From positions 1 through 37,877 of the forward strand of contig JANRJA010000014.1 in NCBI GenBank assembly GCA_033764315.1: DNA of 37,877 bases. Direction: 5' to 3'. Under the pieces are notes generated by a model, which saw only the letters and a program-made list of their open reading frames with translations, ran no database searches and had not been told where the DNA came from. Source of the DNA: Oculatellaceae cyanobacterium bins.114. GTDB lineage: Bacteria; Cyanobacteriota; Cyanobacteriia; Elainellales; Elainellaceae. The stretch's first letter is position 1. Every line of letters starts with the position of its first letter. Made by a program: the position numbers and the translations under genes. This document shows, piece after piece, positions 9,247 through 19,372 of the stretch.

Positions 9247-10359
9247 TTACCGAGTTAACCGAACATTAGTCGAAGTAATTTGGGCTTCTTCACCCTCTGG
9301 TGGCATCCAGGAAATTCCCTGAATTTCTACCGTCTGAAATGCTGGATTAACCGTGAAACTGCTGCGAAACGCAACCGTTTGTCCGGGGCGCACCTCAACC
9401 GGAATAATATCTTCCCGACCTGTCCGAAAGATATCTGGCGCATCAGCAGAGGTGGCTTTATAGATCAGAGCCAGTTGGGTGATTGGCTGTCGGCTGTGAT
9501 TGGTGATGCAACCAATCAGAAAATCTGCCCCAGTGTCATCATTGGCTCCCTGAAAATCGACATTATGAATCTCGACAGGCAACGATTCGGGTGTCGTAGA
9601 AATAGAGCTACAGTTACCTGCAACCGCTGTTTCTGTAGATGCCTGATTAGCAACAGACAATCCCAGATCTCTCGGAACTGTTTGATTCATATTGCGCTGG
9701 GCGATCGCCAACTGATTTTGAAGCTCTCCGATCAGGGTTTGAGCCTTATCATAGTTAGCATGACTGACAGGAACCGCTTGCAGTAGTTTGATTGCCTTCT
9801 CCAATTTATGAGTGACTATTCTCCAGTCATCGACTGATGCAGCAGACTTTGACCAATCTAAAGCTTGTTGGGCGATCGCCTGTCCTTCTGCAAACCCATC
9901 AACCGATTCTGTTGCAACCGGGGTGACACGATTAAAAGAGACTGTCGTTGCACTCGTCAGATCCGATGGAGCAGGCAGGGGGTTTGAAGAGGCTTCTGCT
10001 CCATCAAAACTATACTTAAACCCGACTCCACCCACAACTACAATGCTTGCCAGTAAAGACAATCCCAAGGTGCGATAGTTAGTTTTTGGGGCAGCCGAGG
10101 TAGCCCCAATCTGAATCTGAACAGAAGGCTTAAAGGCAGGGGGCGTTGGCTGAGAAGCCGCTGCACGCTTAGTAGCAACGCGAGGATAGGTTTGTTTGGA
10201 GGGTGAACTGAGTTTAGACGGAGATTGAGCAGGTGTTTGCTTTAAGGATGTTCTGAGTCTAGAAGATGACTTTTGCTTTGCAGTTTGCAAGATGAAATCA
10301 AATTTCTGCTCAATAGCATCAGAGTGGGAACTGAGTTTTTTACTGTTTAGTAGGGTCAT
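9247..10359 (-). CDS. Hypothetical single-pass membrane protein with helical segment and C-terminal Ig-like (FxLYD-like) domain
   Basis: S/K/P-rich N-terminus, TM LGLSLLASIVVVGGVGF, helical DDWRIVTHKLEKAIKLLQAVP, C-terminal FLIGCITNHS...VRPGQTVAF. Confidence 0.7.
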   Translation of the reverse strand: MTLLNSKKLSSHSDAIEQKFDFILQTAKQKSSSRLRTSLKQTPAQSPSKLSSPSKQTYPRVATKRAAASQPTPPAFKPSVQIQIGATSAAPKTNYRTLGLSLLASIVVVGGVGFKYSFDGAEASSNPLPAPSDLTSATTVSFNRVTPVATESVDGFAEGQAIAQQALDWSKSAASVDDWRIVTHKLEKAIKLLQAVPVSHANYDKAQTLIGELQNQLAIAQRNMNQTVPRDLGLSVANQASTETAVAGNCSSISTTPESLPVEIHNVDFQGANDDTGADFLIGCITNHSRQPITQLALIYKATSADAPDIFRTGREDIIPVEVRPGQTVAFRSSFTVNPAFQTVEIQGISWMPPEGEEAQITSTNVRLTR

Positions 10360-10529
10360 GGGAGGGGTAAAAGATAAGGTTGATGAGATGAACAAATAGA
10401 GACGATATTACAGGGAGCAATTAGAGACTCATTAATCCCATCAAACAGTCATCTGATAGACATTTACTTGATGGATAATGGAAAATGAATAAATCAAAAA
10501 CGAGTTAGTTTAAAGTACTTTCATAGTTG

Positions 10530-11159
10530 TCAAAAACTCCGAGTAGACGTTTGACTCACGACTGGATAAATTTCTGAGGTATTACCCAAAGCATCAACAA
10601 CCCTGCCATATAAATAGAGTGTGGCTGAGCGATTGTTGGTATCAATGCACGCATAAAACCCGTTAGCTCCAGAGAGTTGAGCCGCACAGGTCGGTTGTGT
10701 AGCTGGAGCAATCAGCGCATCTACTAAAACCGTGTCACTGGTCACGGTATTGTTGCTGGCGACGACCCGACGATTGATTACAACTGGTTTTAACCACACC
10801 GTATTGGAACAAGCATTGATGTTGTTGACGTAATACGAGATCAGGCTGTTATCGGGCATCGTTAATGTCAACACACCTGTTGCAGTGCCACAGCTTGGCG
10901 TTGGAATAGACCCATTGGCAGGAACAGCGATGCGCTTTGCCATCCGAATCTCATCTGCCATAAAATCCATTGACTGATTTAAGGTAATGCGCCGCGCGAT
11001 TTCAGATTCAGTTTTTTGATCGGCTCGCATCATTGAGACAATGCCTGACGCTGTCAAGGCCAACATAATGCTGGTTAATGTCATGGCTAATAGCAACTCA
11101 AGCAGCGTAAATCCGGCTGTTTTTGAGGATAATAAAACATCAATAGTAATGCGTTTCAT
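10530..11159 (-). CDS. Minor type IV pilin / pseudopilin (PilW-like)
   Basis: Prepilin motif G|FTLLELLLAM and LNQSMDFMADEIRMA helix. Confidence 0.85.
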   Translation of the reverse strand: MKRITIDVLLSSKTAGFTLLELLLAMTLTSIMLALTASGIVSMMRADQKTESEIARRITLNQSMDFMADEIRMAKRIAVPANGSIPTPSCGTATGVLTLTMPDNSLISYYVNNINACSNTVWLKPVVINRRVVASNNTVTSDTVLVDALIAPATQPTCAAQLSGANGFYACIDTNNRSATLYLYGRVVDALGNTSEIYPVVSQTSTRSF

Positions 11160-11201
11160 AGGGCTGATATAGGCTGACTTGCGTTACTACAACTTGCGTT
11201 A

Positions 11202-11747
11202 CTACAAACAGTTACTTTCGCTGGGAGTACCCGTGCCATTGTAGGTTCCATTTCTGATTAACCCCAACGGAGCAGAGATCACCAAACACGGTCGCGTAGA
11301 AGAATAGGTTGAAGACACCACAACTGTTACTGGAGCCGTTAAGGGTTGCCCATTAGCGTTGGCGATCGTTCCTTTAATGCCAACCTGAACACTTGTAACA
11401 GACGATTGCAAAGACACATTCTGAAAGCGTCGAGTCCCGGTTACTAAACAGGCTCCTGACACCTGACTAGAAGCAAAATTAAGGGTACAATTGCGGCTAC
11501 TGCGAAAGGCTTGTCGTTTTGCCTCCTGGACTGCACCTTGGACATCGGCGATCGCCTCATTGGTCTTAAACCGGGAGTACCACCCTAACAAACCAGGAGC
11601 CGCGATCGCGCTGAGAATCAAGGCAATTGCCACAACAATCAATAACTCTAGCAATGTAAACCCTTGATTTGCCCCTTGTGTCGTGTGAACTGGGGAAGAC
11701 GGATTTGGATAGCGTTTATCGAGATCTCTGACATTGCAACGTAGCAT
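11202..11747 (-). CDS. Minor type IV pilin (FimT/GspH-like)
   Basis: G|FTLLELLIVVAIALILSAIAAP and C-terminal PCLVISAPLGLIR. ATG 11747 overlaps the end of the upstream gene; start uncertain. Confidence 0.85.
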   Translation of the reverse strand: MLRCNVRDLDKRYPNPSSPVHTTQGANQGFTLLELLIVVAIALILSAIAAPGLLGWYSRFKTNEAIADVQGAVQEAKRQAFRSSRNCTLNFASSQVSGACLVTGTRRFQNVSLQSSVTSVQVGIKGTIANANGQPLTAPVTVVVSSTYSSTRPCLVISAPLGLIRNGTYNGTGTPSESNCL

Positions 11748-12435
11748 TGGGAATGACCTCTGTGTAGACAGTTGCGGTAGTTGTAGTAGGGCGTCCTTGT
11801 GGTGTAACCGTGTAAGCCAGTTGCAAGATTGAAAAAGGAGCTTCATTTCTAATCGTGGTTTGACGAGTCAGGGTGTAGGGTCTTCCAGAAACTGTGAGCG
11901 TACTGCTGATGACAGGAGGCAAATTTTGTTGTAGGGCAAATGCCAATCCTGACTGGCTCGTCGTTGCATTACATTTGCTCAAGGCAATGAGTGGGGTATT
12001 TTGAGCTGCATTAAATCTCAATCCGGTTGTTAATCGAACCACGTTTCCACTCACACTTTGAATCACATAAATGCTTGAATCTCCAGCGATCGCAATTTGT
12101 TCACCTGCCGCCAAACTGTAACTGGCATTTAGGGGTAAATTTTGTTGTCCTGCGGTTACATTTGAGGCGAGCGAATAGGTCATCTGATCGACCCGGTATT
12201 TAACCCCCTCAATATCTCGCTCAATCCAATTCGTCACCTCTGTTAGCGTCCGAGCACGCACCTTAAACACCGAGGTTGTGGCGATCGCCATCATGCCAAA
12301 ACTCATAAATAGAGAGATCAGGACGATCGCGACTAACACTTCGATCAGGGTCAAACCCTGAGAGGTTTGTCGGCTGCTTCTAAGCAATGGCTTCTTTAAT
12401 TGAGTAGTAAGCATCTCTATCGTGTGATTAGTCAT
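11716..12435 (-). CDS. Minor type IV pilin (PilV-like) with internal beta-rich insertion
   Basis: G|LTLIEVLVAIVLI, NWIERDIEGVK, C-terminal YTEVIPNATLQC. Confidence 0.85.
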   Translation of the reverse strand: MTNHTIEMLTTQLKKPLLRSSRQTSQGLTLIEVLVAIVLISLFMSFGMMAIATTSVFKVRARTLTEVTNWIERDIEGVKYRVDQMTYSLASNVTAGQQNLPLNASYSLAAGEQIAIAGDSSIYVIQSVSGNVVRLTTGLRFNAAQNTPLIALSKCNATTSQSGLAFALQQNLPPVISSTLTVSGRPYTLTRQTTIRNEAPFSILQLAYTVTPQGRPTTTTATVYTEVIPNATLQCQRSR

Positions 12436-12479
12436 AGTTCTCCTTCGACTGCATCAAAACTTAGACCGATTTAAGGGTG

Positions 12480-13814
12480 TTACTGAGCAACTAACCGTTC
12501 CCAAGTGCTAGCAGGGGAAAGCTTAGGGGGCAAATTTTGAGGCAAAGTATCAATAAAGTCCCAATTGGCGGTTTGGGTAACGGTGATGTTGCTCGTATTT
12601 GAACCACACGAACCAGAATTGCTCCAATTCCTTGTCCAAACGGCTCCAAAATAGCCTCCTTGCCCTCCTCCAGTTCCAGCTACCCCTACGCTGTAGTTCG
12701 GTGCCAGAATGAATGCTTCAATTCGATTATTCCCATTCAGGCAAATTGAGCTATTTTGAGGGCCATATCCATAAATCTGAAAGTTCGTCGGAGTGCATGT
12801 ACTAGAAGCTCCAGTGCAGTTATGGATAATATCTCCACCCCGACTGATGCTGCCTCTCAAATAAAACCTGACCATACTTCCTGGTCGAATCGTCAAACTG
12901 CGATTGTTAGCAATGTTGAGGCTAGCAACATCATATTCGTAGACCTGATAAGTCTGTCCACGAATCACCTTCACCGTAGGAACATCTTGAGTCCGGGGCA
13001 AAGTTACATTCGTGTTGATGTTTGTTGATAACGAGTTAAACAGGGGTGAGGGAATGGGGGGTAGAGCCGGTATTCTTAAGTCTGTATATTGCGCTCGATA
13101 GGGTTGTCCTGTAGCCGGATCATTGCCCGTAACACTGATGTTGTTGAGGGGCGTACTACAGTCATTGAGCAATACATTCGCTTGAATTCTGTTGTTCGAG
13201 GTTCCTCCTTCTGCCAGCCACAGCCCTGGGACAGGGGTGCCTGTTACATCTCCCGCTAGAATTGGGATTGTAATTCTCAGTCGATTGGTACTCTGCTGAT
13301 TTTGCGATCGCCCCTCAACCTCTAATATGCCTCTGCCAGGGGTGCTGCGGGGTTGGGCGGGGTTATCAGCAACATAGGTATAGTTAACCAGTCTAAACTG
13401 ACCTCGACTCGGGTTTTGGGGGTCAATATTTTGCCAGCTGGTAGCCGTGGTCGCAAAGTTAACGATCTGAGCCGTCGTGGTTGCACTGCAACTGCTAAAT
13501 TGAGCTGACAGGGTCGTGGTTGCGGTCAACCAATCGCTTAAGTTGTAAGTGGCGATCGCTCGATTAGCCTCAATGAACGCCTGAATCCGGGTCACTCCCC
13601 CTTCAGTAGTGTTTAAGCTACTATCGGCAGCCTGTTGCATTGAAGCTGTAACCTGGTCATTTTGAGACCGCAGCAACAATGTTCCACCCAATAGGAGAAT
13701 AATTAATCCACAGACAAGGGAAATCGGTAAAGCAAAACCCTGCTCACTTGCAGACCGATTAAAAGAACCCTGATTTCTAAGTAGAGCAGCAATATACAAC
13801 AACTTGTTAAACAC
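12480..13814 (-). CDS. Large minor pilin (PilX/GspK-like) with beta-rich C-terminal domain
   Basis: G|FALPISLV lacks Glu5, as in PilX. C-terminal FILAP...YFGAVW. GAAGGA RBS before GTG. Confidence 0.8.
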   Translation of the reverse strand: MFNKLLYIAALLRNQGSFNRSASEQGFALPISLVCGLIILLLGGTLLLRSQNDQVTASMQQAADSSLNTTEGGVTRIQAFIEANRAIATYNLSDWLTATTTLSAQFSSCSATTTAQIVNFATTATSWQNIDPQNPSRGQFRLVNYTYVADNPAQPRSTPGRGILEVEGRSQNQQSTNRLRITIPILAGDVTGTPVPGLWLAEGGTSNNRIQANVLLNDCSTPLNNISVTGNDPATGQPYRAQYTDLRIPALPPIPSPLFNSLSTNINTNVTLPRTQDVPTVKVIRGQTYQVYEYDVASLNIANNRSLTIRPGSMVRFYLRGSISRGGDIIHNCTGASSTCTPTNFQIYGYGPQNSSICLNGNNRIEAFILAPNYSVGVAGTGGGQGGYFGAVWTRNWSNSGSCGSNTSNITVTQTANWDFIDTLPQNLPPKLSPASTWERLVAQ

Positions 13815-13911
13815 GTCAGTTCAATCCTTCATGTAAAGACATGAGGTAGCAATTATGTCTCTGATTAGTCCTACCTGCGAGGTTGTGGCTGAGAGAGGAG
13901 ACCTAAAATCT

Positions 13912-14011
13912 GGCGTTGCTGATCGACGTATATATGCCGTCAGGGTGTTTTGTGAAACGCCCCTACTGTCATGATCAACGTCCGTGAATCATACCTGCAT
14001 TCAGCAATGCC
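13912..14011. mobile_element. 100-bp MITE with GGCGTTGCTGA terminal inverted repeats and 8-bp target duplication
   Basis: GGCGTTGCTGA...TCAGCAATGCC, flanked by TAAAATCT (13904-13911) and CAAAATCT (14012-14019). Internal GGGTGTTTTGTGAAACGCCC palindrome. Confidence 0.7.
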
Positions 14012-14648
14012 CAAAATCTTATCTACTATCTCTTGAAAAAGCACCAACAACTTGTTAGATAAGGTAACTTGCACATCCAGATCGGGTAATTGTCATACTC
14101 AAACATGAGTGACAACGTTTTGAGTTCGTTAGTGAGGTGACAGTACTGCTATCGATTAGGACGGGGGACAAAGGGGGGACAATCCCTGTCGTAATGCATC
14201 TGCGTAGTATCCATATCCACGGGTGGAGGCTTAAGAAGAAACCCAGATTGAGTGTTAAAACTCGGCAATTGGGTAAATGGATAGGTTGATGATGTTGCAA
14301 CCAGGTGTAACTGTTTCGCAGATGGCAGACGTCTCAGTATAATTACGGGGGTAATTTCTTTGAATAACACTCCTTAATTACTATTAAATCCTAAAAATGT
14401 TTGTTTTAATGAGTATTTCGATAAATTTGTTTTGAAGATGAGCATCTTTTTAATAAAGAGCAAGACTTTAAATAAAACTTGGCAACTCTGAGCAAAAACA
14501 CAAATCACAATTCTCATCTTGCGGGCTAGAGACAATATTTTGAAAGGTTTTGCGGTTTTACCGAGTAGTCATCTTCAACACTTTTAATAACACTATTTCC
14601 TCAATTAAATTCAACTTTTCTCAAATTCTATCAACAAATATCTGCCAC

Positions 14649-14826
14649 AAACCTCCGTCTTTTCATGAAGAAATTACGTCAACTGTGCAATGACTAGATA
14701 TTTTTTAGAGGTGTAGCGTTTAGCACATTCGTTTTTATGTACTAAATCTCCGTTTTTTAATTAGAAAAATCACGCCAACTCTGCAGTAACTAAATATTTT
14801 TTAAGGTGTAGCGTTTTGCGACTCTA
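14649..14826. repeat. Imperfect tandem duplication of a ~95-bp intergenic unit
   Basis: CTCCGT..TTT...AAATTACGTCAACTGTGCAATGACTAGATATTTTTTAGAGGTGTAGCGTTT versus CTCCGTTTTTT...AAATCACGCCAACTCTGCAGTAACTAAATATTTTTTAAGGTGTAGCGTTT. Confidence 0.75.
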
Positions 14827-15051
14827 TTTTTCGGTTTAAGGATGAATCACTTAATACAACTCGTCGTAAATAGGGGTGGGAATTTGGGGTGCAGGGGTGA
14901 AACCCCTGGCTTCCGAACCCTATCTGTGAAAAGCAGTACTTAGCATTAGCACTCTCTTACTCTTCCACCTTTCCCTTTTCATCCCTTATCCTTTTCTAGT
15001 TACTCAGCCCTTGACAACCGATCGCCTGCTAACGGTTTTCTTTTAGCATCT

Positions 15052-16842
15052 ATGCAACATTTTTCCTCCAAACAGCCCACCTCCAAACATCCATTTCTAC
15101 GTCTGCTGAGCTACAGCAAAGTTCATCAGCCCCAAGTCTGGCAAGCAAGCACCTATTCCGTTCTTAACACCATTTTTGATTTAGCACCCCCCTATCTGAT
15201 TGGGGTTGCCGTTGATGTGGTGGTCAATCAAGAAAACTCGCTCATTGCCCGTCTGGGAGTCACTAGCACCGTTGGGCAGTTAACCATACTGTCGGTGCTG
15301 ACTCTGTTTATTTGGGGGTTGGAATCGTTATTTGACTATCTCTACAATCGACTCTGGCGCAACCTGGCACAAACCTTGCAACATGAGTTGCGGGTTGATG
15401 TCTACAGCCATTTACAAGAACTGGAGTTGAGCTATTTTGAAGACCGCAGTTCAGGGATGTTGCTCTCCATCCTCAACGATGACATCAACCAATTAGAGCG
15501 ATTTCTCAATTTTGGAGCGCACAATATCTTGCGCTTTGTGACTACCATTTTGTTTATCGGCAGCACCTTTATTGTGTTAGCCCCTGGTGTTTCCTGGTGG
15601 GCAATGTTGCCGATTCCCTTCATCATGTGGGGATCAATCGCCTTTCAAGGAAAACTCGCCCCTCGCTATGCCGCTGTCCGCGAAAAAAGCGGATTGATCA
15701 GCAGTCGTCTAAATAATAACTTGACGGGTATTGCTACGATCAAAAGCTTTACGACAGAAGCCTATGAGCGCGATCGCGTGATGCAAGAAAGCGAAGCCTA
15801 TCGGGTGAGTAACCGTCGGGCGATCGCCCTCAGTGCGGCATTTGTGCCTTCGATTCGGTTTGTCATTCTAGCGGGATTTACCGCCACGCTCTTTTTAGGT
15901 GGCATCGAAGCGGCCAACGGTCGCCTCTCAGTAGGCACCTACGGTTTTATGGTGTTTATCATTCAACGGTTGCTTTGGCCCTTTACAGACCTGAGTCAAC
16001 TGATGGATGAATATCAACGTGCGATGGCATCCATTTATCGAGTCATGGGGTTGCTAGACACACCGATCGCCATTCCCACTGGACAACAAGAACTCCCCAT
16101 TCGCACCGTTAAGGGAGATGTGCAAATTCAGCACATTACCTTTGCCTACAACAGTCACCATGACGTGTTAAAAGACCTATCGATGCACATCCCCGCAGGC
16201 ACAAACATTGGGGTCATCGGAGCTACAGGCTCCGGCAAAAGCACGCTGGCAAAGCTGCTGTTGCGCTTTTATGAGCCTCAGCAAGGACAGATTTTGATTG
16301 ATGGCAACGACATTCGTGACCTCAATTTGCGCGACTTGCGTCGTTGTATTGGCTGGGTCAGTCAGGATGTGTTTCTGTTTCATGGCACAGTTGCCGAAAA
16401 TATTGGCTATGGTAGCTTTGATGCCGATCGCGACCAGATTATTCAAGCGGCAAAACTAGCCGAAGCCCATGAGTTTATTGTGGGTCTGCCACAGGGCTAT
16501 GACACCATTGTTGGAGAACGGGGGCAAAAACTTTCGGGGGGGCAACGACAACGGTTGGCGATCGCCCGTGCTCTGTTAAAAGATCCACCCATCCTCATTC
16601 TCGATGAGGCAACTTCAGCGGTAGACAACGAAACCGAAGCGGCCATCCAAAAATCTTTGATGGTGATCACTCAAAACCGCACCACGATCGCGATCGCCCA
16701 TCGACTTTCCACCATTCGCCACAGTCATTGCATCTATGTGATGGATCAAGGACAAATTGTTGAGCAAGGCACTCACGAAGCGTTGTTAGACCGTCAGGGC
16801 ATTTATGCATCGCTATGGTGCATTCAAACGGGAGTTCGATAA
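15052..16842 (+). CDS. ABC exporter, fused permease/ATP-binding (ABCB/MsbA-like)
   Basis: N-terminal TM domain, Walker A GATGSGKS, LSGGQRQR signature, ILILDEATSAVD. Confidence 0.95.
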   Translation: MQHFSSKQPTSKHPFLRLLSYSKVHQPQVWQASTYSVLNTIFDLAPPYLIGVAVDVVVNQENSLIARLGVTSTVGQLTILSVLTLFIWGLESLFDYLYNRLWRNLAQTLQHELRVDVYSHLQELELSYFEDRSSGMLLSILNDDINQLERFLNFGAHNILRFVTTILFIGSTFIVLAPGVSWWAMLPIPFIMWGSIAFQGKLAPRYAAVREKSGLISSRLNNNLTGIATIKSFTTEAYERDRVMQESEAYRVSNRRAIALSAAFVPSIRFVILAGFTATLFLGGIEAANGRLSVGTYGFMVFIIQRLLWPFTDLSQLMDEYQRAMASIYRVMGLLDTPIAIPTGQQELPIRTVKGDVQIQHITFAYNSHHDVLKDLSMHIPAGTNIGVIGATGSGKSTLAKLLLRFYEPQQGQILIDGNDIRDLNLRDLRRCIGWVSQDVFLFHGTVAENIGYGSFDADRDQIIQAAKLAEAHEFIVGLPQGYDTIVGERGQKLSGGQRQRLAIARALLKDPPILILDEATSAVDNETEAAIQKSLMVITQNRTTIAIAHRLSTIRHSHCIYVMDQGQIVEQGTHEALLDRQGIYASLWCIQTGVR

Positions 16843-16942
16843 GAAAGGATAAAGGATGAAGGCTAAAAGGCTAAAAGAGACACCGTCATTCCCCCATCTT
16901 TTCGGTTCTTTTTCCTTTCTTACCCCGTGTGCGACTTTCCCC

Positions 16943-17008
16943 AGATCCCCGGTTGCTGTGACGCAAATCAGACTCCTTTGAGGATACTGAACGAGCAACC
17001 GGGGATCT
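16943..17008. repeat. 66-bp element with perfect 15-bp inverted ends (AGATCCCCG family)
   Basis: AGATCCCCGGTTGCT...AGCAACCGGGGATCT. An equal-length degenerate relative lies at 35889-35954. Confidence 0.7.
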
Positions 17009-17144
17009 AAACCTCTAAGTTCACATCGCGTTTTCTGGCTCTTTTATTCTTCATTTTTGCTCATCGTCCTCCTTAAGAGAGATTTTCATTTCTAAAGAAC
17101 TTCGATTGAATAGAAATGACCGTGTATGCATACGGATACTATTC

Positions 17145-19199
17145 ATGAAGCGTGATGCCTCAGGCAAGTTTGTCAACAATTGGGATTTGGAGACAAAACA
17201 ACGCATTAGCGTTTCTTTAACCAGCACTGCATGGCGATCGCTCAATGAAACAGCCCAGAAACACAATATGTCTCGGTCTGAAGTGATCGAGCGACTGGCT
17301 CGTGGTCTTGAGTCTGAACCGTCGATTCAGCAATGGTTTGAGGTAAGTGCGAATGCATCCCTTAGTGGAGCTACTGTCCCTTGTCGTGACCTCACAGAAC
17401 CGGAGTTAGAGGAAACGGAGACACAAGCTGAATCCAGTCTGAATGGTTTTGGCAATGTCCTTGATCTCAAGCCCATTGCTGACGGCAACCCAACAGAAGC
17501 ATTGCTGCGTCGGTCTGCCAATCGAGCCAAACAACTGCAACGAGTCACAGCAGCATTAGCAGAGGCATCAACCCCCAAGCAAGTCGCTAAAGCTGTGGTT
17601 GAACGCGGCATTAGCGCACTGGGTGCCCAAGCGGGTGGGGTTTATCTGGTGCATGAAGAGAACAATTCCTCCACGGAGGGAGATGCTTCACCTTACCTGA
17701 CATTATCTGAAGTGATCGGTTATCCTCAACCGCTTCTAGATCTGTGGGGTCAACTTCCCACTTCAACCCCAATTGTTTTAGTAGAGTCAGTTCGCACCCA
17801 AAAACCCATCTTCTTAAGCCATCAAAGTGAAATTCTCAAACACTTTCCCCAGATGGCAGACGTCCTTGCTATAACCCAAAGTCAGGCGATCGCCACAATT
17901 CCGCTTATTGTCAGTGGGCGAACTTTGGGAGGCATAGGCATCAGCTTTGCTAACCCCCAGCCTTTTGACGAAGATGACCGAACCTTTATCCTCACTCTCG
18001 CTCAACAATGCGCTCAGGCGATCGCCCGCGCCCAACTGTATGAAGCGGAGCAACAAGCTAGAGCCTTGGCTGAGGCGGCTAATCGGGCCAAAGATGAATT
18101 TTTGGCTGTGCTCTCTCACGAACTGCGGACTCCACTCAACCCTATTCTGGGATGGACTCAACTCCTTTTGCGAGGCAAACTCGATGACAACACCACCGCG
18201 ATCGCCCTCAAAACTATTGAACGCAACGCCAAACTGCAAGTTCAACTGATTGAAGATTTGCTCGACATTTCTCGTATTTTGCAAGGTAAACTCATCCTTA
18301 ACGCTTACCCAGTTAATCTTGTTTCAACCATTGAGGCGGCCATTGAAACCGTTCGTCTGATGGTCGATACTAAAGCCATTCAGTTGCAAACTCATTTCCC
18401 AACCACATCGTGCATGGTGTTGGGCGACCCAACCCGGCTTCAACAGGTCGTCTGGAACCTATTATCAAATGCTGTCAAGTTTACTCCAAGTGAAGGAACC
18501 ATCGACATTCATCTGGAGCGCACTGGAGACTATGTTTCAATACAAATTCGGGATAGTGGCAAAGGAATTCAATCCGGATTTTTGCCCCATGTGTTTGATT
18601 ACTTTCGTCAAGCCGATAGCAGCATTACTCGAACCTTTGGCGGTCTAGGACTGGGTCTGGCGATCGCCCGTCATATTGTCGAGTTACATGGGGGTGTAAT
18701 TCAAGCTGAAAGCGGAGGAGAAGGACAAGGAGCAACATTTACAGTGACTTTTCCATCCTGGAAAGAGCCACTTCAGGCTCCCTCAGTCAACCGATGCTCG
18801 GCTTCTTCTCACGTCGATTTACAAGGAGTGCGAGTGCTGGTGGTAGATGATGAAATAGATAATTTAGATCTCTTAACCTTCATCCTAGAACAAGCAGGTG
18901 CAACAGTTACAGCCGTTGCTTCCGCATTAGAAGGGTTAGAACAATTCCGCCAAAATGTCCCTGATATTTTGTTGGCAGATATCGGTATGCCTGAAATTGA
19001 TGGCTATAACTTACTCCATCAAATTCGTCAGTTCCCCCCAGAGCAAGGCGGACAAGTACCTGCGATCGCCCTCACCGCTTACGCCAGCAAAGCCGATCAA
19101 CTAGAAGTCTTAGCCGCAGGATTTCAACGACACATTGCCAAACCCGTTGCCTTAGATGACTTGCTAACCGAAATTAAGCAGTTAGTCAATCAGACTTAA
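17145..19199 (+). CDS. Hybrid sensor histidine kinase: N-terminal RHH(CopG)-like domain, GAF, HisKA, HATPase, REC
   Basis: RISVSLTSTAWRSLNETAQKHNMSRSEVIERLAR, GAF (IPLIVSGRTLGGI...FDEDDRTF), FLAVLSHELRTPL, NLLSNAVKF, GGLGLGL, VLVVDD...LADIGMP...KP. Confidence 0.9.
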   Translation: MKRDASGKFVNNWDLETKQRISVSLTSTAWRSLNETAQKHNMSRSEVIERLARGLESEPSIQQWFEVSANASLSGATVPCRDLTEPELEETETQAESSLNGFGNVLDLKPIADGNPTEALLRRSANRAKQLQRVTAALAEASTPKQVAKAVVERGISALGAQAGGVYLVHEENNSSTEGDASPYLTLSEVIGYPQPLLDLWGQLPTSTPIVLVESVRTQKPIFLSHQSEILKHFPQMADVLAITQSQAIATIPLIVSGRTLGGIGISFANPQPFDEDDRTFILTLAQQCAQAIARAQLYEAEQQARALAEAANRAKDEFLAVLSHELRTPLNPILGWTQLLLRGKLDDNTTAIALKTIERNAKLQVQLIEDLLDISRILQGKLILNAYPVNLVSTIEAAIETVRLMVDTKAIQLQTHFPTTSCMVLGDPTRLQQVVWNLLSNAVKFTPSEGTIDIHLERTGDYVSIQIRDSGKGIQSGFLPHVFDYFRQADSSITRTFGGLGLGLAIARHIVELHGGVIQAESGGEGQGATFTVTFPSWKEPLQAPSVNRCSASSHVDLQGVRVLVVDDEIDNLDLLTFILEQAGATVTAVASALEGLEQFRQNVPDILLADIGMPEIDGYNLLHQIRQFPPEQGGQVPAIALTAYASKADQLEVLAAGFQRHIAKPVALDDLLTEIKQLVNQT

Positions 19200-19372
19200 T
19201 CGGCTTAGCCACCATGCAGCAATGCATCAGAACCTCGTAAAATGGATGAGGCAGAGTTAAGACGAGAGTTACCACAACACCCTAAAGACTCCTAAATCAA
19301 GGCATCATCTTGGGTCACGTAAGCTTTGCTTCTACCCTTACAGCGATCGCCATTACAAGAGCAAGCCCAAAT

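Noticed and set aside
11177-11206. 15-bp tandem duplication ACTTGCGTTACTACA at the pilin stop codon; similar TGAGCAATGCCAATC x2 at 22506-22535 and AACAGAAAGGAAGGC x2 at 2236-2265
   Set aside because: Most simply explained as local slippage duplications with no coding effect.
14478-14565. c-di-GMP-I riboswitch upstream of the pilin operon
   Set aside because: The minus strand has CGCAAAACC and GAGTTGCC fragments, but no GAAA-tetraloop P2 stem and the spacing is wrong.
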